From positions 1 through 64,000 of IMG/VR virus record IMGVR_UViG_3300032047_000006: DNA of 64,000 nt. The stretch is one strand, 5' to 3'. This stretch comes from a virus. Position 1 is the first letter of the stretch; every line of letters starts with the position of its first letter. Below are positions 25,133 to 36,400 of this stretch, one piece after another. The position numbers and the translations under genes are program-made. The notes beneath the pieces are model-generated. The model ran no database searches. It was not told the DNA's origin and was given only the letters and a program-made list of their open reading frames with translations.

Positions 25133-25821
25133 TGTCTTCTAGTTATATTAAGACTGCACATACAAAGAATTTAACTGAAAGAAAAGAGTTCTTACTGTAC
25201 GGCAACATAAATATCTTCATAAAGGATCCACTACCAGAGGACGTGGGTATGACAAGTGTTATACAGGATATAGAAGATACAATACCCAGGCGTCTTCTCC
25301 ATGAAGTCGAAACCATAATTATAGGACAATTCTCTGAATTGAATGACAGAGGCGTCCGAGCCGTATATATGGACGGCGGTATTTATGTTACAAATGAGCA
25401 GCCCTCAGAAGAACAACTGTTTGAAGATATTGTCCACGAGATCGCACACGCAGTTGAGAAGATGTATGAATACGAATTATATGCGGATAAAAAGATTGAA
25501 TCAGAATACCTTTCAAAAAAGAAAAGATTCTTAGACACTTTGACTGCAAATGGGATTAAGGTTCCAAATAGAATCCGAGTCGGTACTGAATATTCTAAAA
25601 TGTTTGATGAATTTCTATATTACGAACTTGGCTATGAAAAAGCTACGAATCACACAATAGGATTATTTTTATCACCTTACTCAGCAGTATCTATTTCAGA
25701 ATATTTCGCAACAGCTTTCGAACACTATTTTGTACAAGAAGGGCAATCTTTTCTAAAACAATTATGCCCAGTATTATATTCAAAACTTGAATATATTTCT
25801 GATGAAGCAGAAGGAGAATAA
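25132..25821 (+). CDS. Zincin-like metallopeptidase (lethal-factor/MtfA-like)
   Basis: VHEIAHAV..Y....SEYFATAFEHY. Confidence 0.75.
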   Translation: MSSSYIKTAHTKNLTERKEFLLYGNINIFIKDPLPEDVGMTSVIQDIEDTIPRRLLHEVETIIIGQFSELNDRGVRAVYMDGGIYVTNEQPSEEQLFEDIVHEIAHAVEKMYEYELYADKKIESEYLSKKKRFLDTLTANGIKVPNRIRVGTEYSKMFDEFLYYELGYEKATNHTIGLFLSPYSAVSISEYFATAFEHYFVQEGQSFLKQLCPVLYSKLEYISDEAEGE

Positions 25822-25822
25822 T

Positions 25823-26155
25823 ATGAACACCGTTAGAGAAAAAATAGAAAATATTAATTTCATTCCTAATAAAAAAAGAATATTTGTAAGTGTGAAGAAA
25901 GGCGAGAGCCTTTCGGAATCGATGATTCGAGGATACTTGTTATCTGAGGGAGTCGACTTAGGTGATACGGTAGCAGTTTCAACCAACACATCGTCTGTAT
26001 TTATTTTTAAAATAGGAGATGGAATTCCAGTAAAAGGTACACAACCAAAAACAAAAACAACGCCTGCTCCACGCAGAAAGGCTTCAGCCAAGGCTCCAAG
26101 AACTAGAAAACCAAGAGCCAAGAAAACCCCCACCAATAGTGATTCAAATAAATAA
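25823..26155 (+). CDS. Hypothetical protein with basic K/R/P/A-rich C-terminal tail
   Basis: RBS AAGGAG; ATG at 25823. Confidence 0.7.
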   Translation: MNTVREKIENINFIPNKKRIFVSVKKGESLSESMIRGYLLSEGVDLGDTVAVSTNTSSVFIFKIGDGIPVKGTQPKTKTTPAPRRKASAKAPRTRKPRAKKTPTNSDSNK

Positions 26156-26160
26156 AGTAC

Positions 26161-26189
26161 TTGACTAAACCTACTTTTTATGTCATAAT
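26161..26189 (+). promoter_or_regulatory. sigma70-type promoter of the nuclease-GT-GT-sigma operon
   Basis: TTGACT-N17-CATAAT with extended TG. Confidence 0.7.
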
Positions 26190-26216
26190 AAGGTGTAACA
26201 AAGGATAGAGGTTTAT

Positions 26217-26990
26217 ATGCAACACGTTTCATTTTCTGCTTTAAAGAATTGGAATCAATGCCCTTATTATTATAAGATAACTTATGTTGATAAGATAAAG
26301 AAGTTCGTGGGAAACCACTACACAGCTTTTGGAACAGCCCTTCACGAGGTTTGTGAAAAGCGCATTGAAGATGATTCAATAACAAACGAACCAGAAATGT
26401 TTGAGCTTGCATTCTTAAAAGAGTTGCAATCCCTTCCAGAAGAAGTTCGCTCAACTTTTAAAGCCAAAGACATTTCGGATATGAGAGAACAAGGTAAACG
26501 CCTATCAACAGTTGCTATCCCTGCTCTTCGTGAACACTTCGGTGAGTTCGAACTTGTCTCAACAGAAGAAGACATCTATGAGTCCATCGAGGGGTTCGAA
26601 GATTATAATTTTAAAGGCTTCATTGATTTAGTAATAAAAACTCCCGACGGAAAAATCCATATCATTGACTGGAAGACTTGTTCGTGGGGCTGGAATATGC
26701 AACGAAAATCAGATCCAATGACAACTTATCAGCTTACATATTATAAACATTATTATGCCCGAAAACACGGAGTCGAAATGAAAGACATCGAGACTCATTT
26801 TGGACTTCTTAAAAGAACAGCTAAAAACGATGCCGTGGAAATTTTTAGAGTCACATCGGGAGCAAAAAAAGTAGATAATGCTATGAAGCTATTAAACAGA
26901 GCCCTCTACAATATTCAGAGTGGTAAATTCATAAAAAATAAATTATCTTGCAGTAAATGCGAATTCAAGAATACAGCAGAGTGTCCATAG
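26217..26990 (+). CDS. PD-(D/E)XK nuclease, Cas4/RecB/AddB-like
   Basis: SFS..QCP, FGTALH, E..GFIDL..IIDWKT, YQLTYY, C-terminal CxxC..C (1+3 Cys). Confidence 0.9.
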   Translation: MQHVSFSALKNWNQCPYYYKITYVDKIKKFVGNHYTAFGTALHEVCEKRIEDDSITNEPEMFELAFLKELQSLPEEVRSTFKAKDISDMREQGKRLSTVAIPALREHFGEFELVSTEEDIYESIEGFEDYNFKGFIDLVIKTPDGKIHIIDWKTCSWGWNMQRKSDPMTTYQLTYYKHYYARKHGVEMKDIETHFGLLKRTAKNDAVEIFRVTSGAKKVDNAMKLLNRALYNIQSGKFIKNKLSCSKCEFKNTAECP

Positions 26991-26998
26991 GAGAACAC

Positions 26999-28249
26999 AT
27001 GACAAAGAAAATAAAAATATTAACTCTCAGCGATCACCCACTCTTTCATACTGGCGTAGCTATTCAGACAAAACTCTTTATAGAGGCAATGCTTAAAACT
27101 GACAAGTTTGAGTTTGTTTCACTAGCTGGAGCAGCAAGACATTCAGATATGTCACCAGTTAAGACTGAGCAGTACGGAGACAGTTGGAAAATATTCCCAG
27201 TAAATGGGTACGGAGATCCCGAAACGATGAGATCTGTGATGCGTACTGAGCGCCCAGACATCGTCTGGCTGATGACAGATCCAAGATACTGGGATTGGTT
27301 GTGGGAAATAGAGGATGAGATAAGAGCCCAGGCACCTATGGTATATTATCACGTATGGGATAATCACCCTGCACCACATTACAATAAAAAATATTATGAC
27401 TCTAATGATTTAGTTGTATCTATCTCTAAATTAACTGAAGATGTGGTAAATGAGGTGGGAACTAAGGCTACTCATATCAGAATACCACATACCATTGATG
27501 CAAGTATTTATAAAATATTTCCAGAGAACGAGGTTCAGGAATTTAAAAATGAGCACTTCGGAGCGGACTCTAAATTTTTATTCTTTTGGAATAATAGAAA
27601 CGCACCTCGAAAAAATGTTACATCTCTATTATGGTGGTTTAAAGAATTTTTAGATGAAGTCGGTAACGAATCTGCTGCCCTTCTGATTCATACAGATCCT
27701 GAAGATCCAGCAGGCACAGACTTGGAAGCAAACTTGAATCAACTGGGCTTGAATGATGGACAAGTAATGTTATCCCCTTTGAAATACCCAGCAGACAGAA
27801 TGGCAATGCTTTATAATATTGCTGACTGCACAATTAATATTTCTGATGCAGAAGGATTTGGACTCTCAACATTGGAATCACTCGCCTGCGGAACTCCAAT
27901 AATTGTTAATAATACAGGTGGATTGCAAGAACAAGTGTCTGACGGCACAAATAAATTCGGAGTTGCTATTGAACCAGCCACTAGGACAATAATTGGCTCA
28001 CACAAGGTTCCATATATTTATCAAGATCGTGTCGCTAAGAAAGATTTTGTTGCTGCTTTAAAAGAAATGTATAATTTGTCCGAAGAGGATAGAGTCCGCA
28101 TGGGGCAACTCGGATATAACCACGTTGTCAAAAATTATAATAGTGCTACTTTTTCAAAGAAATGGGAAGAAGCTTTAATAAAACTTAATAAAGAATTAGG
28201 CTCGTGGAAGAGTCGTAAGCACCAGAACTGGGAGATTGTTGAACTATGA
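26999..28249 (+). CDS. GT-B glycosyltransferase (GT4-like)
   Basis: NRNAPRK; EGFGLSTLESLACGTP. Confidence 0.9.
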   Translation: MTKKIKILTLSDHPLFHTGVAIQTKLFIEAMLKTDKFEFVSLAGAARHSDMSPVKTEQYGDSWKIFPVNGYGDPETMRSVMRTERPDIVWLMTDPRYWDWLWEIEDEIRAQAPMVYYHVWDNHPAPHYNKKYYDSNDLVVSISKLTEDVVNEVGTKATHIRIPHTIDASIYKIFPENEVQEFKNEHFGADSKFLFFWNNRNAPRKNVTSLLWWFKEFLDEVGNESAALLIHTDPEDPAGTDLEANLNQLGLNDGQVMLSPLKYPADRMAMLYNIADCTINISDAEGFGLSTLESLACGTPIIVNNTGGLQEQVSDGTNKFGVAIEPATRTIIGSHKVPYIYQDRVAKKDFVAALKEMYNLSEEDRVRMGQLGYNHVVKNYNSATFSKKWEEALIKLNKELGSWKSRKHQNWEIVEL

Positions 28250-29403
28250 GTAGGAAAATTTTAGTAAGAGGACCAGCGTTATCCCGTTCAGGCTACGGAG
28301 AGCATTGCCGATCGGTGTTGAGATCTTTACGCTCAAATGATATGAACGATATTTATTTATTGAATGTCGGCTGGGGCGCATCTGGGTGGCTATGTGAAGA
28401 TAGTGAAGAGAGAGCCTGGATAGATGAGATTATAATGAAAACTGCAAAGAAAGTTCACTCCGGCGATTTGGATTTTGATGTATCAATGCAGGTGCAACTC
28501 CCAACGGAGTGGCAAGAGTTGTGTAAGAAGAATATTGGAGTCACGGCAGGCGTTGAAACTACGAGAGCACCGCAATCCTGGACATTGGCATGCAAAGGCA
28601 TGGACGCAGTGATTGTCCCGTCAGAGCATTCTAGGAAGTGTTTTGAGTTGGAAGAAGGTATAGAGGTAATAAACTTTCCAGCAAGGAACCTCCGCTCAAA
28701 AAAGATAAACGTTGAGTTAGATACAGATTTTAATTTTCTTACAGTGGCTCAATGGAACCCAAGAAAAAATTTAGAACAATTGGTTACATCTTTTGTAGAG
28801 GAATTTCAAAATGAAGAGGTGGGCATGTTAATGAAGCTCTCTATCAAGGGTGGTTCTCATATTGACAGAGATCATGTTACTAATCAGATGAAGCGACTAC
28901 TACAAACACTTCCTCAAGATAGAAAATGTAAAATTCACCTTCTTCACGGAACTTTATCTGACGAGGAAATGGTTTCTCTTTATAAAAATAAAAACATCTC
29001 TGCCTATATTACAACTTCTCACGGAGAAGGTTATGGTTTGCCTGTATTTGAGGCAGCGCAACACGGAGTTCCTGTTATTGCTCCAAACTGGGGAGGAATT
29101 AGAGATTTTTCAAATAACTCTATTGTAGAGATTAATTATGAAGAGAAAAATCTTGAAAAACATCATTCTTGGGAAGGAGTCTTGGAGGAAACTTCAAGTT
29201 GGTGTTTCCCAGACACTAATTCCGTCCGATCTCAAATGCGTGAAGTTTATAACAATTTATCAAAGTATAAAAAGCAAGCAAAAATTCTTCAAGCTCACAT
29301 AAAAGAAAACTTTACTGAACAACAAATAAATTTGTGCTATAATAGTATTGTAGATAAAGTTCTACAGACAACAAAAGAAGGAGAAGCAAATGAAATTAAG
29401 TGA
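28246..29403 (+). CDS. GT-B glycosyltransferase (GT4-like)
   Basis: SRSGYG; NPRKN; GEGYGLPVFEAAQHGVP. Confidence 0.9.
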   Translation: MSRKILVRGPALSRSGYGEHCRSVLRSLRSNDMNDIYLLNVGWGASGWLCEDSEERAWIDEIIMKTAKKVHSGDLDFDVSMQVQLPTEWQELCKKNIGVTAGVETTRAPQSWTLACKGMDAVIVPSEHSRKCFELEEGIEVINFPARNLRSKKINVELDTDFNFLTVAQWNPRKNLEQLVTSFVEEFQNEEVGMLMKLSIKGGSHIDRDHVTNQMKRLLQTLPQDRKCKIHLLHGTLSDEEMVSLYKNKNISAYITTSHGEGYGLPVFEAAQHGVPVIAPNWGGIRDFSNNSIVEINYEEKNLEKHHSWEGVLEETSSWCFPDTNSVRSQMREVYNNLSKYKKQAKILQAHIKENFTEQQINLCYNSIVDKVLQTTKEGEANEIK

Positions 29404-29593
29404 TCAGGCATTAGGAGCTATTATGATGGCTCTACAGAAGAGCCTACTTGAACAAACAGATATTGTTCCTGTTTTAAAGTCTATGGACTTTACCAAGGAT
29501 GAGGAAACCAAGCGTTGGGGAACCAAAGCAGGCGAACTCATTGTAACTAACCCACCTACATTCCAACTAAACCAAGCTGATGGCGATACCTAG
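29390..29593 (+). CDS. Hypothetical protein
   Basis: ORF; RBS AAGGAG. Confidence 0.8.
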   Translation: MKLSDQALGAIMMALQKSLLEQTDIVPVLKSMDFTKDEETKRWGTKAGELIVTNPPTFQLNQADGDT

Positions 29594-29847
29594 TGCCCCG
29601 CTACCGCTATAGATGCCTTGAGTGTGAGGAATTATCCAACATCACTCATGGAATGTTCGAAGAGCCTGTTGAGTGCCCCCATTGTCATGCTCCCGTAACT
29701 GCACTTGTAAAAGTTATTGGAAAAATAAATGTTAAAAAAACCACACCAACAAGTTCTTCCGCCGCCTCAAGAGTAAAAGAGTTTATAGAAGATTCAAGAG
29801 AGGTGCTTGAACAACAAAAGGCTGAATCGAAGGTTAATCATGATTGA
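29593..29847 (+). CDS. FmdB-family zinc-ribbon protein
   Basis: MPRYRYRCLEC...ECPHC. Confidence 0.85.
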   Translation: MPRYRYRCLECEELSNITHGMFEEPVECPHCHAPVTALVKVIGKINVKKTTPTSSSAASRVKEFIEDSREVLEQQKAESKVNHD

Positions 29848-30136
29848 ATTAATTATAATTTATTTTTTATTTCCTGCTGCGGTTATATCTAGTGCAATTT
29901 TGTCCTGGTATATCAAGAAGCTCCTCATGGTTATTGAAGAGAATTCCGTAGAAATGAAAGAAAGGTTCAGCGCCTTTCATAATTTTTTAGATGAAACATA
30001 TAAGATGGATCTATTCTACGGAGAGCCCCGCCTTAATGAGCTTTTGGAGGTTATAAGAGATTTCGACAATTGGGCATCGGACTTTGAGGGAAGGGTAATT
30101 ACGGAAGAAGAAAATGACAGAACAACAGAAGATTAA
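29840..30136 (+). CDS. Hypothetical membrane-anchored protein
   Basis: N-terminal TM helix from ATG at 29840. Confidence 0.7.
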   Translation: MIELIIIYFLFPAAVISSAILSWYIKKLLMVIEENSVEMKERFSAFHNFLDETYKMDLFYGEPRLNELLEVIRDFDNWASDFEGRVITEEENDRTTED

Positions 30137-30872
30137 AAGAAAAAGACGCAAAAGAACAAAACGACTCTATTTTACGCATGTCCACGAGGAGGCAATAGTT
30201 CAATATTGTTCCACGGCAGATCGTGAAGAGAGAGAGAAGCTCTATCGTGGATTAATTCAACCCGCTATGGATGAAATGGTTGATAAAATTGTTTACACTT
30301 ACAAATTTACAACATTGCCAAATATTGACGAACTGAGGGCTGAGTGTAAAATATGGCTAACGACAATCTTAGAAAAATTTGATCCATCGAAAGGCTCAAA
30401 AGCGTTTTCTTATTTTTCAGTTATTACCAAGAATTGGTTTATACACAAGGTAAAAAAGCACTCAACTCAGCGCCAACGGGAAATACAGTATGACTATATC
30501 CCTAGAAGTATTGAAGAAAAATATCTATCTACCGAAAATCCATTTGAAAAAGCTCTAGAACAAAAACAATTCTGGACTGCACTCTGGGCGGAAATTAGCA
30601 AGTGGGGTGAAATGCCCATGAAGCCCACCGAAGAAAGGGTATATAAGGCAGTGAAGATACTCTTAGAGCAACCCGATGATATTGAAATTTTTAACAAGAA
30701 GGCTATTTATCTATACCTGAGGGAGTTGACTGGTTTAAACACGAAACAGGTTGTAAACAACTTAAATAAGCTAAGAGTCAAATATCGCTCCTTTAAGAAA
30801 GATTGGAATGAGGGTAAAATAACCCACATCGAGGAGCCTTCTAATGTCGAAAAAGAAAAACCAGACTCTTGA
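30114..30872 (+). CDS. Phage RNA polymerase sigma factor (T4 gp55-like late sigma)
   Basis: Region-2-like 'EKFDPSKGSKAFSYFSVITKNWFI'; 'YF...EEAIVQY'. Confidence 0.8.
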   Translation: MTEQQKIKRKRRKRTKRLYFTHVHEEAIVQYCSTADREEREKLYRGLIQPAMDEMVDKIVYTYKFTTLPNIDELRAECKIWLTTILEKFDPSKGSKAFSYFSVITKNWFIHKVKKHSTQRQREIQYDYIPRSIEEKYLSTENPFEKALEQKQFWTALWAEISKWGEMPMKPTEERVYKAVKILLEQPDDIEIFNKKAIYLYLRELTGLNTKQVVNNLNKLRVKYRSFKKDWNEGKITHIEEPSNVEKEKPDS

Positions 30873-31161
30873 GGACTTCCTCGGAGAAGCTATAGAAAAT
30901 ATTCGCTCAGACAGAGCAATAACATCCCACCTATTAACAGAGCTTGTTCAGGAGATGAACAAGCAAAGCTCTATATCCACTATTCAGCAGTGCGGCATGA
31001 TTGCCTCAAAATATGTGGAAACACTTCAGAGATCAAACGAACAACTTGTAAAAATATCTTCTCTTATTCAAAAGAAGGAGGGCAAACAAGATGGGCTCAC
31101 TTCTGACGAAAAGGAAGAAATATACGATATTTTAAATAGTTCGAACGAGGAAGAGGAATGA
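30844..31161 (+). CDS. Hypothetical helical protein
   Basis: ORF with RBS GAGGAG. Confidence 0.75.
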   Translation: MSKKKNQTLEDFLGEAIENIRSDRAITSHLLTELVQEMNKQSSISTIQQCGMIASKYVETLQRSNEQLVKISSLIQKKEGKQDGLTSDEKEEIYDILNSSNEEEE

Positions 31162-32540
31162 AAGTTACCGTAAATGGAGAGGAGCGAAAAGTTTCAAATT
31201 CTTACGGTGACTTGAATACTTTAACAAGCCCAGACACTTCAGATTATTATGAATCTGAGAATATGTCAGGCATCGACGCAATAAAGAAAACAGTAATAAG
31301 TCATTACTCGAATAGAAAGATACATTCAGGACCATATAAGGGCATAGTACTTAGGGTTATGGAGGTATCACAAAAGAGGGGATGGTGGGATCTCTTTGCT
31401 GGAGATCCATTGGTTTCGTACAAAATAAGAGTTCCTGAGTTGGATGCCCACCTGCCGGAACCGCAACAACTTGAACCGGAAGAAAACTCTGTTGATTTTA
31501 AAATCATAGATTCACACTCTACTTTTATATCGAGATCTAAAAACGTATCAGAAATGGAGTCAGCCACTCCAGGTGATTTAGTGTGGGTGGATTATGAAAA
31601 TGGCGAAGCTATTTATTTGGGTTTAATCGATAACAAATCTGGCGAAGGCTCCGGCGGTTCCGGTGGTTCCGGCGGCGGCGACTATTCCGGCGGCGGAGAT
31701 GCAGTAAATTTGCCACCAAGCTCTTATAGCTCAAAGGGTGCTTTTAATCAAGGCGGCGGCTCATCAAGAGTTCTTAATGAGCAATTAAAGATAGTGAGAT
31801 ACGATAAAAAAGATCCTCCCAAAGTTAACAATTGGACTTCTAGAAAATACAAGACTCCAAAATACTTAAAAGTAAGAGAAGACATGGCAGCAAAAATGAC
31901 TCATATATATAATATTTGTCACAAACTCGGAGGACATGCAGTGTTTTACTCTTCATATCGATGGCCAAATGCAGCAAGAAAATCAGGACCAGCAGCATCT
32001 TTTCACTTCACTGCTACTGCAAACGATCTACATACATCCACGGTGACAATGAGACAGCCACATAAGGAGGATTTTATCCTTGAAGCAGATAATAGATATA
32101 AATATAAGAGATTTATTCTGTGGCTAAAAGTTCCAACCCCAATGTCAATACAGTACGAGGGGAAAACGTGGACAGCGGAGAGGAGAACTTTGAATGCACT
32201 AGTTACAAAGCACCGCACTCCAGTGAAGACAAGAAAAATGACAGCAGTGGTGGTAAACTTCACAGAGCTTTTTGAGTATTACGGTGCCCAGGGTGTGCCC
32301 CCACAAAAGCGAAAGCAATTTTGGGCAACATCAAAATGTTATGAGGACGGCGTTTATAGCGAAGCGTGGCATTACGACTTGAGACATGGATTAGGACTAG
32401 TCCCGGGCCAGACAACTTGGGAAGATCATCTTGCGACAGTGGATTGGAAAGGAAGCTTGGGACATAAAGGTGACATCAGAAAAACAAAAATATGGAAAGC
32501 TAGAAAAAGACGATGGCGAGGCGGATACTTCGGATTGTGA
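31158..32540 (+). CDS. Baseplate hub/gp5-like OB-fold protein fused to an M15-type zinc peptidase
   Basis: 'YKIRVPELD..PGDLVWVDY'; Gly-Ser linker; SYR..SFHFTATAND..EAWHYD. Confidence 0.7.
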   Translation: MKVTVNGEERKVSNSYGDLNTLTSPDTSDYYESENMSGIDAIKKTVISHYSNRKIHSGPYKGIVLRVMEVSQKRGWWDLFAGDPLVSYKIRVPELDAHLPEPQQLEPEENSVDFKIIDSHSTFISRSKNVSEMESATPGDLVWVDYENGEAIYLGLIDNKSGEGSGGSGGSGGGDYSGGGDAVNLPPSSYSSKGAFNQGGGSSRVLNEQLKIVRYDKKDPPKVNNWTSRKYKTPKYLKVREDMAAKMTHIYNICHKLGGHAVFYSSYRWPNAARKSGPAASFHFTATANDLHTSTVTMRQPHKEDFILEADNRYKYKRFILWLKVPTPMSIQYEGKTWTAERRTLNALVTKHRTPVKTRKMTAVVVNFTELFEYYGAQGVPPQKRKQFWATSKCYEDGVYSEAWHYDLRHGLGLVPGQTTWEDHLATVDWKGSLGHKGDIRKTKIWKARKRRWRGGYFGL

Positions 32541-32552
32541 CAGGAATTAAAA

Positions 32553-33455
32553 ATGAAAAAGAAATCAATAGATAAAAATAATTTATCCGTTAGTAAGGCA
32601 ACAGATCAAGAAGATCGTTTGGCAACACTTCGTGACGGCGCATTTTGCTCTGAACTGACAGAACCTACTCCTACTTTTGTAAAGGCTGCTTGCGAAGCCA
32701 TATATTCGGGAAAGAACAATAATTATATTGTAATGGGTAGAGATCGCCCAGGTAAAAGATCTTCAGGTTATGGAGGTTCTGGGGATACCCAGGCTTCAAT
32801 GATAGACGTAGTTGTGGGAAGAATGTCTTATATTCCAATGGACGACGTATATGTGGATCCAGATTTTATTAATGATTCTGCAAGAATATATATCTCTCAA
32901 AAAACAGATATTGATGCCAACTTTAATATAACAGAAGGAAATGTCGGTAATTCAACGGCAAGATCTGCCATTGGCATGAAGGCAGATTCAGTTCGCATTC
33001 TTGCAAGGGAAGGGATAAAACTAGTTACAAGAATGGATGAGACTAATTCTCAAGGAGCTAATATTTCAGACACGGCATATGGGATCGATTTGATAGCAGG
33101 TAACGACGGAGATTCCCTCCAGCCGATTCCGAAGGGTACGAATCTGGTGGCAGCTTTAAAGAAGTTGACATTACACGTCCACAAGCTGAACGGAATTGTC
33201 CAAGGACTTATGACATCCCAAGATAAATTAAATAAGGCTTTAAAAGATCACTGGCATATGTCTCCTTTCAATGGTAAGAGAACCTCATCATCTCCCTCTG
33301 TTAAATTGGTAGCAGCGCAAACTATATTGAGGACACTTAATAAATCAACAGTATCTCTTAGGCTACATCGCACCAACCTAGAAAACTTCGAAAAACACTA
33401 TTTAAGTAGTAGTGGGGCACAGTATATAAACAGCACTTATAACAAGGTTAATTAA
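32553..33455 (+). CDS. Putative baseplate central spike protein
   Basis: Short beta-repeat segments (ADSVRILAREGIKLVT); C-terminal HWH motif; position in the baseplate cluster. Confidence 0.6.
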   Translation: MKKKSIDKNNLSVSKATDQEDRLATLRDGAFCSELTEPTPTFVKAACEAIYSGKNNNYIVMGRDRPGKRSSGYGGSGDTQASMIDVVVGRMSYIPMDDVYVDPDFINDSARIYISQKTDIDANFNITEGNVGNSTARSAIGMKADSVRILAREGIKLVTRMDETNSQGANISDTAYGIDLIAGNDGDSLQPIPKGTNLVAALKKLTLHVHKLNGIVQGLMTSQDKLNKALKDHWHMSPFNGKRTSSSPSVKLVAAQTILRTLNKSTVSLRLHRTNLENFEKHYLSSSGAQYINSTYNKVN

Positions 33456-33459
33456 TTTA

Positions 33460-36400
33460 ATGTCTTTCAAATTTACCCAAGAGCATGCAGCGCTTTCGGA
33501 TCAGATAGCAATGCAGCAACATTCAGAGAGAACAGGGTACGATTATGGAAGCTCTAATTATACATTTCTCAGGAACTATGCTGAATCACAGGCTCAGTTT
33601 GAGGACTTTGCTCAAACTGGACGCCCGCTAGGGAAATTAATCCCTAGAGTGGGCACAATAACTCTAAATGGACTCCAAGCAGAAATAAGCCAGGCAGACA
33701 TTGATGCCTATTCCGCTGCCCACCCGCAAAACGTCGTCACTGGGCAAACAAGAATAAAATATGTAGAAATGCTTCAGGCAGGAAACTCGCCAACAACTTC
33801 AAACTCTAGTCCATCAACCGAGCAAGATGAAACTAAAGGTGCCGCAATCCGCATCAGGGTTATAGAAATTAATACAGGTAAATTTATAAAAAAGGAAGGT
33901 TTCAAAACAAACGAAGAGTATCAGAAGTGGGTTGAAGAATCTCCAGTTCAAGCAATATCAGCATCCCAGACTGAAGGTTTTGACTATGACGTAACTTTTC
34001 CAATACAGCTCGATCAGGAAGAAGCCACGGCAGAAGGCGCAGCATCACCACCGGCAACTGTTACTCCCTCTTATCCACCAGAACCGTCAGCGCTAACACA
34101 TAAGGTTAGCGAGATAAGCACTCATGTTCGAACAGAGCCAAGTTCAACAGCTTCAATTATAGACTCTCTTCTTCTTGAAACGGAAGTTACGGTATATGAC
34201 GAAAGTGTCGGAAAAAACGGTGATTGGGCAAAAGTATCAAGAGTATACAGGGGTTCTAGCGAGATCGGCGTCGGATATATATTATCATCGGAACTTGAAA
34301 GAAAAGAAGGAATTATACCAGCCCCGATAAATTCAGAAGACGATAAATCATTTAGAAAGTCTGAAATAAGTCAAATTTGGACAAGCAAGTCTGATGGCAT
34401 CCCCTATTATGACTCTTCCGACGCAAAATACAAAGTGTCTATCACTACTGATAAAAAAGATGTAAATGTAGGCATTCAAAAAATATACGAAGAGTTCCTA
34501 CCAAAGGGTGTAGGCTTGATTCTTGATCAAGAGGGAAAGGAGAATACTGAAGAAATAATAAATTCTTTAATAAATACAGAGTCTTATGATAATATTGCTA
34601 GAGCAGAAGAATTCTTTTTAGAGCCACGCTCATCTTCCTTTGTTAAGATACTTGTCACTGTCCCACATAAGCATCTAAGCTTGCTTGAGGATAAGGATTT
34701 AGATAAAGACAACTTTTATACATATCATGAATATGATCTTGAAAAGTTCAGAGAAAATATATCAAAAATAATAAAGAAAATAGACAAGGTAGGCACATCC
34801 GTAAAAAGATTTAAAGGGGAGGTAAAAGAGTTCGACTCGAAAGAGGAATCGTTAAGAATGTCGATGTTGTACGACAATTTCCGAAATCTTTTAAAATCAA
34901 ACGATGTAAAATTTGCTCCTGAGCATAAAGGGGAGATCCTTGCCATCGGATGGGATAGAACAGATAAGGTTATTTTCGTCTCTCACACAGATCCGGAATC
35001 AAACGAAATCATCGCAACAAAGGAATATCTTTCATTAAATGCAAAAACCGAGATGAGCAGCAGAAGAACCCAGTTTTTACTACAGAATATGAAAGAACTG
35101 GTTTCAGAGGGCATAGGCTTACCTTGGAAAGAGTTCTTAGAGACTCACGTTGGGTTTGATAAAGTAACAATAGTTCCTAAAGCGGATCCTCCAAAGAATT
35201 CCAAATCTTCCGAAGCTGAGGGTCCAACGGCGATGACAAGGGCACAGTTTTTAGCAGAGGAAAAATTCTATCTCAACAAAGAGAGAAGAATTGAGAAGAT
35301 AAAAGAAAGAATTAAGCAAAGAGATTTCGTTGGAAGTGTATCTAAGCAGGACAACTATAAAAAGCTTAAAAAAGAATTGAACTCGCCCCTAGAAGACATC
35401 TATGAAAATGTTTTATCTAGAATAGACTTAAAGAGCCTACTGGTATCAGCATTACAGTGCGCCCCAATGCATGGACAGTTAGATATTTTAAATCTTCCAG
35501 ATTTGATAAAAGACATAGACAAAATAATTGACGAGGCAAAGAAACTATTTCACGAGCTTCCGACAATGTTTTTTGATGTGGATTTCCCAACAGACGACAT
35601 TTCCGCCTCGTTTGTCAAGGATCTTAAAAACTTTATAACGGATATGATCACTGCATTAATAGCATCCCTTGTACAATCAGTATTTTCATCATTGATAGAT
35701 TTCTGTCCAGACGTCTCTGGTAATGAAGATTCGCCGATGGATCCTGAAAGGTTGGACTTGTCAGCCCTCCAGGCTGCACTCGATGACATGCTCGGCGATG
35801 GCATCAGAGAAAATATAGATGTAGACTCTATGATGAATTTCATAGAGGATTTGGCATCGATGTTATCGTTGCAAGAGTATTGTGATTTAGTATCTGGAAA
35901 TCCGAGTGATAAGGCGCTCGACATCGTAATGAATTTAATAAGGGTTGAATATTGCCACCTGGGATTAGACACCAAGGCTAAAGTAATAGAATTCTTTAAA
36001 CTATTGGCAGGAACAGGTAAATTTGATATTTGTGATGAATTGAATGAAATCCTTCCACCGCCTAGTAGTTTATCTCCAAACGAAGATCCATGTGAACCCG
36101 ATAATTTACGAAGAAGAATTTTAATAAACAAAGGTATGTCAGACGAACAGGTTCAGGAGCAAATTAGGCGAGAACGAGAAAGAACTGCAAAGCTCGCACG
36201 CCAGTTAATGGACGCCATGGCAGGACAGCCATTTCAAGCTCCAAACCTATTTTGTCAAAAAGATGCAGAAGGAAATATTATACCAGGCGCAACCCCCTTC
36301 ATGGACGAGACATTTTCAGTTATGATGAGGGAGACAGTAGAATCACTCTTCGGTCCAGTGTATACCACCTTTCAGTCAGACGGACAATCCTATTCGGATA

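Noticed and set aside
26217-26990. CRISPR-Cas system suggested by the Cas4-like nuclease
   Set aside because: No repeat-spacer array or other cas genes seen; solo Cas4-like nucleases are common in phages
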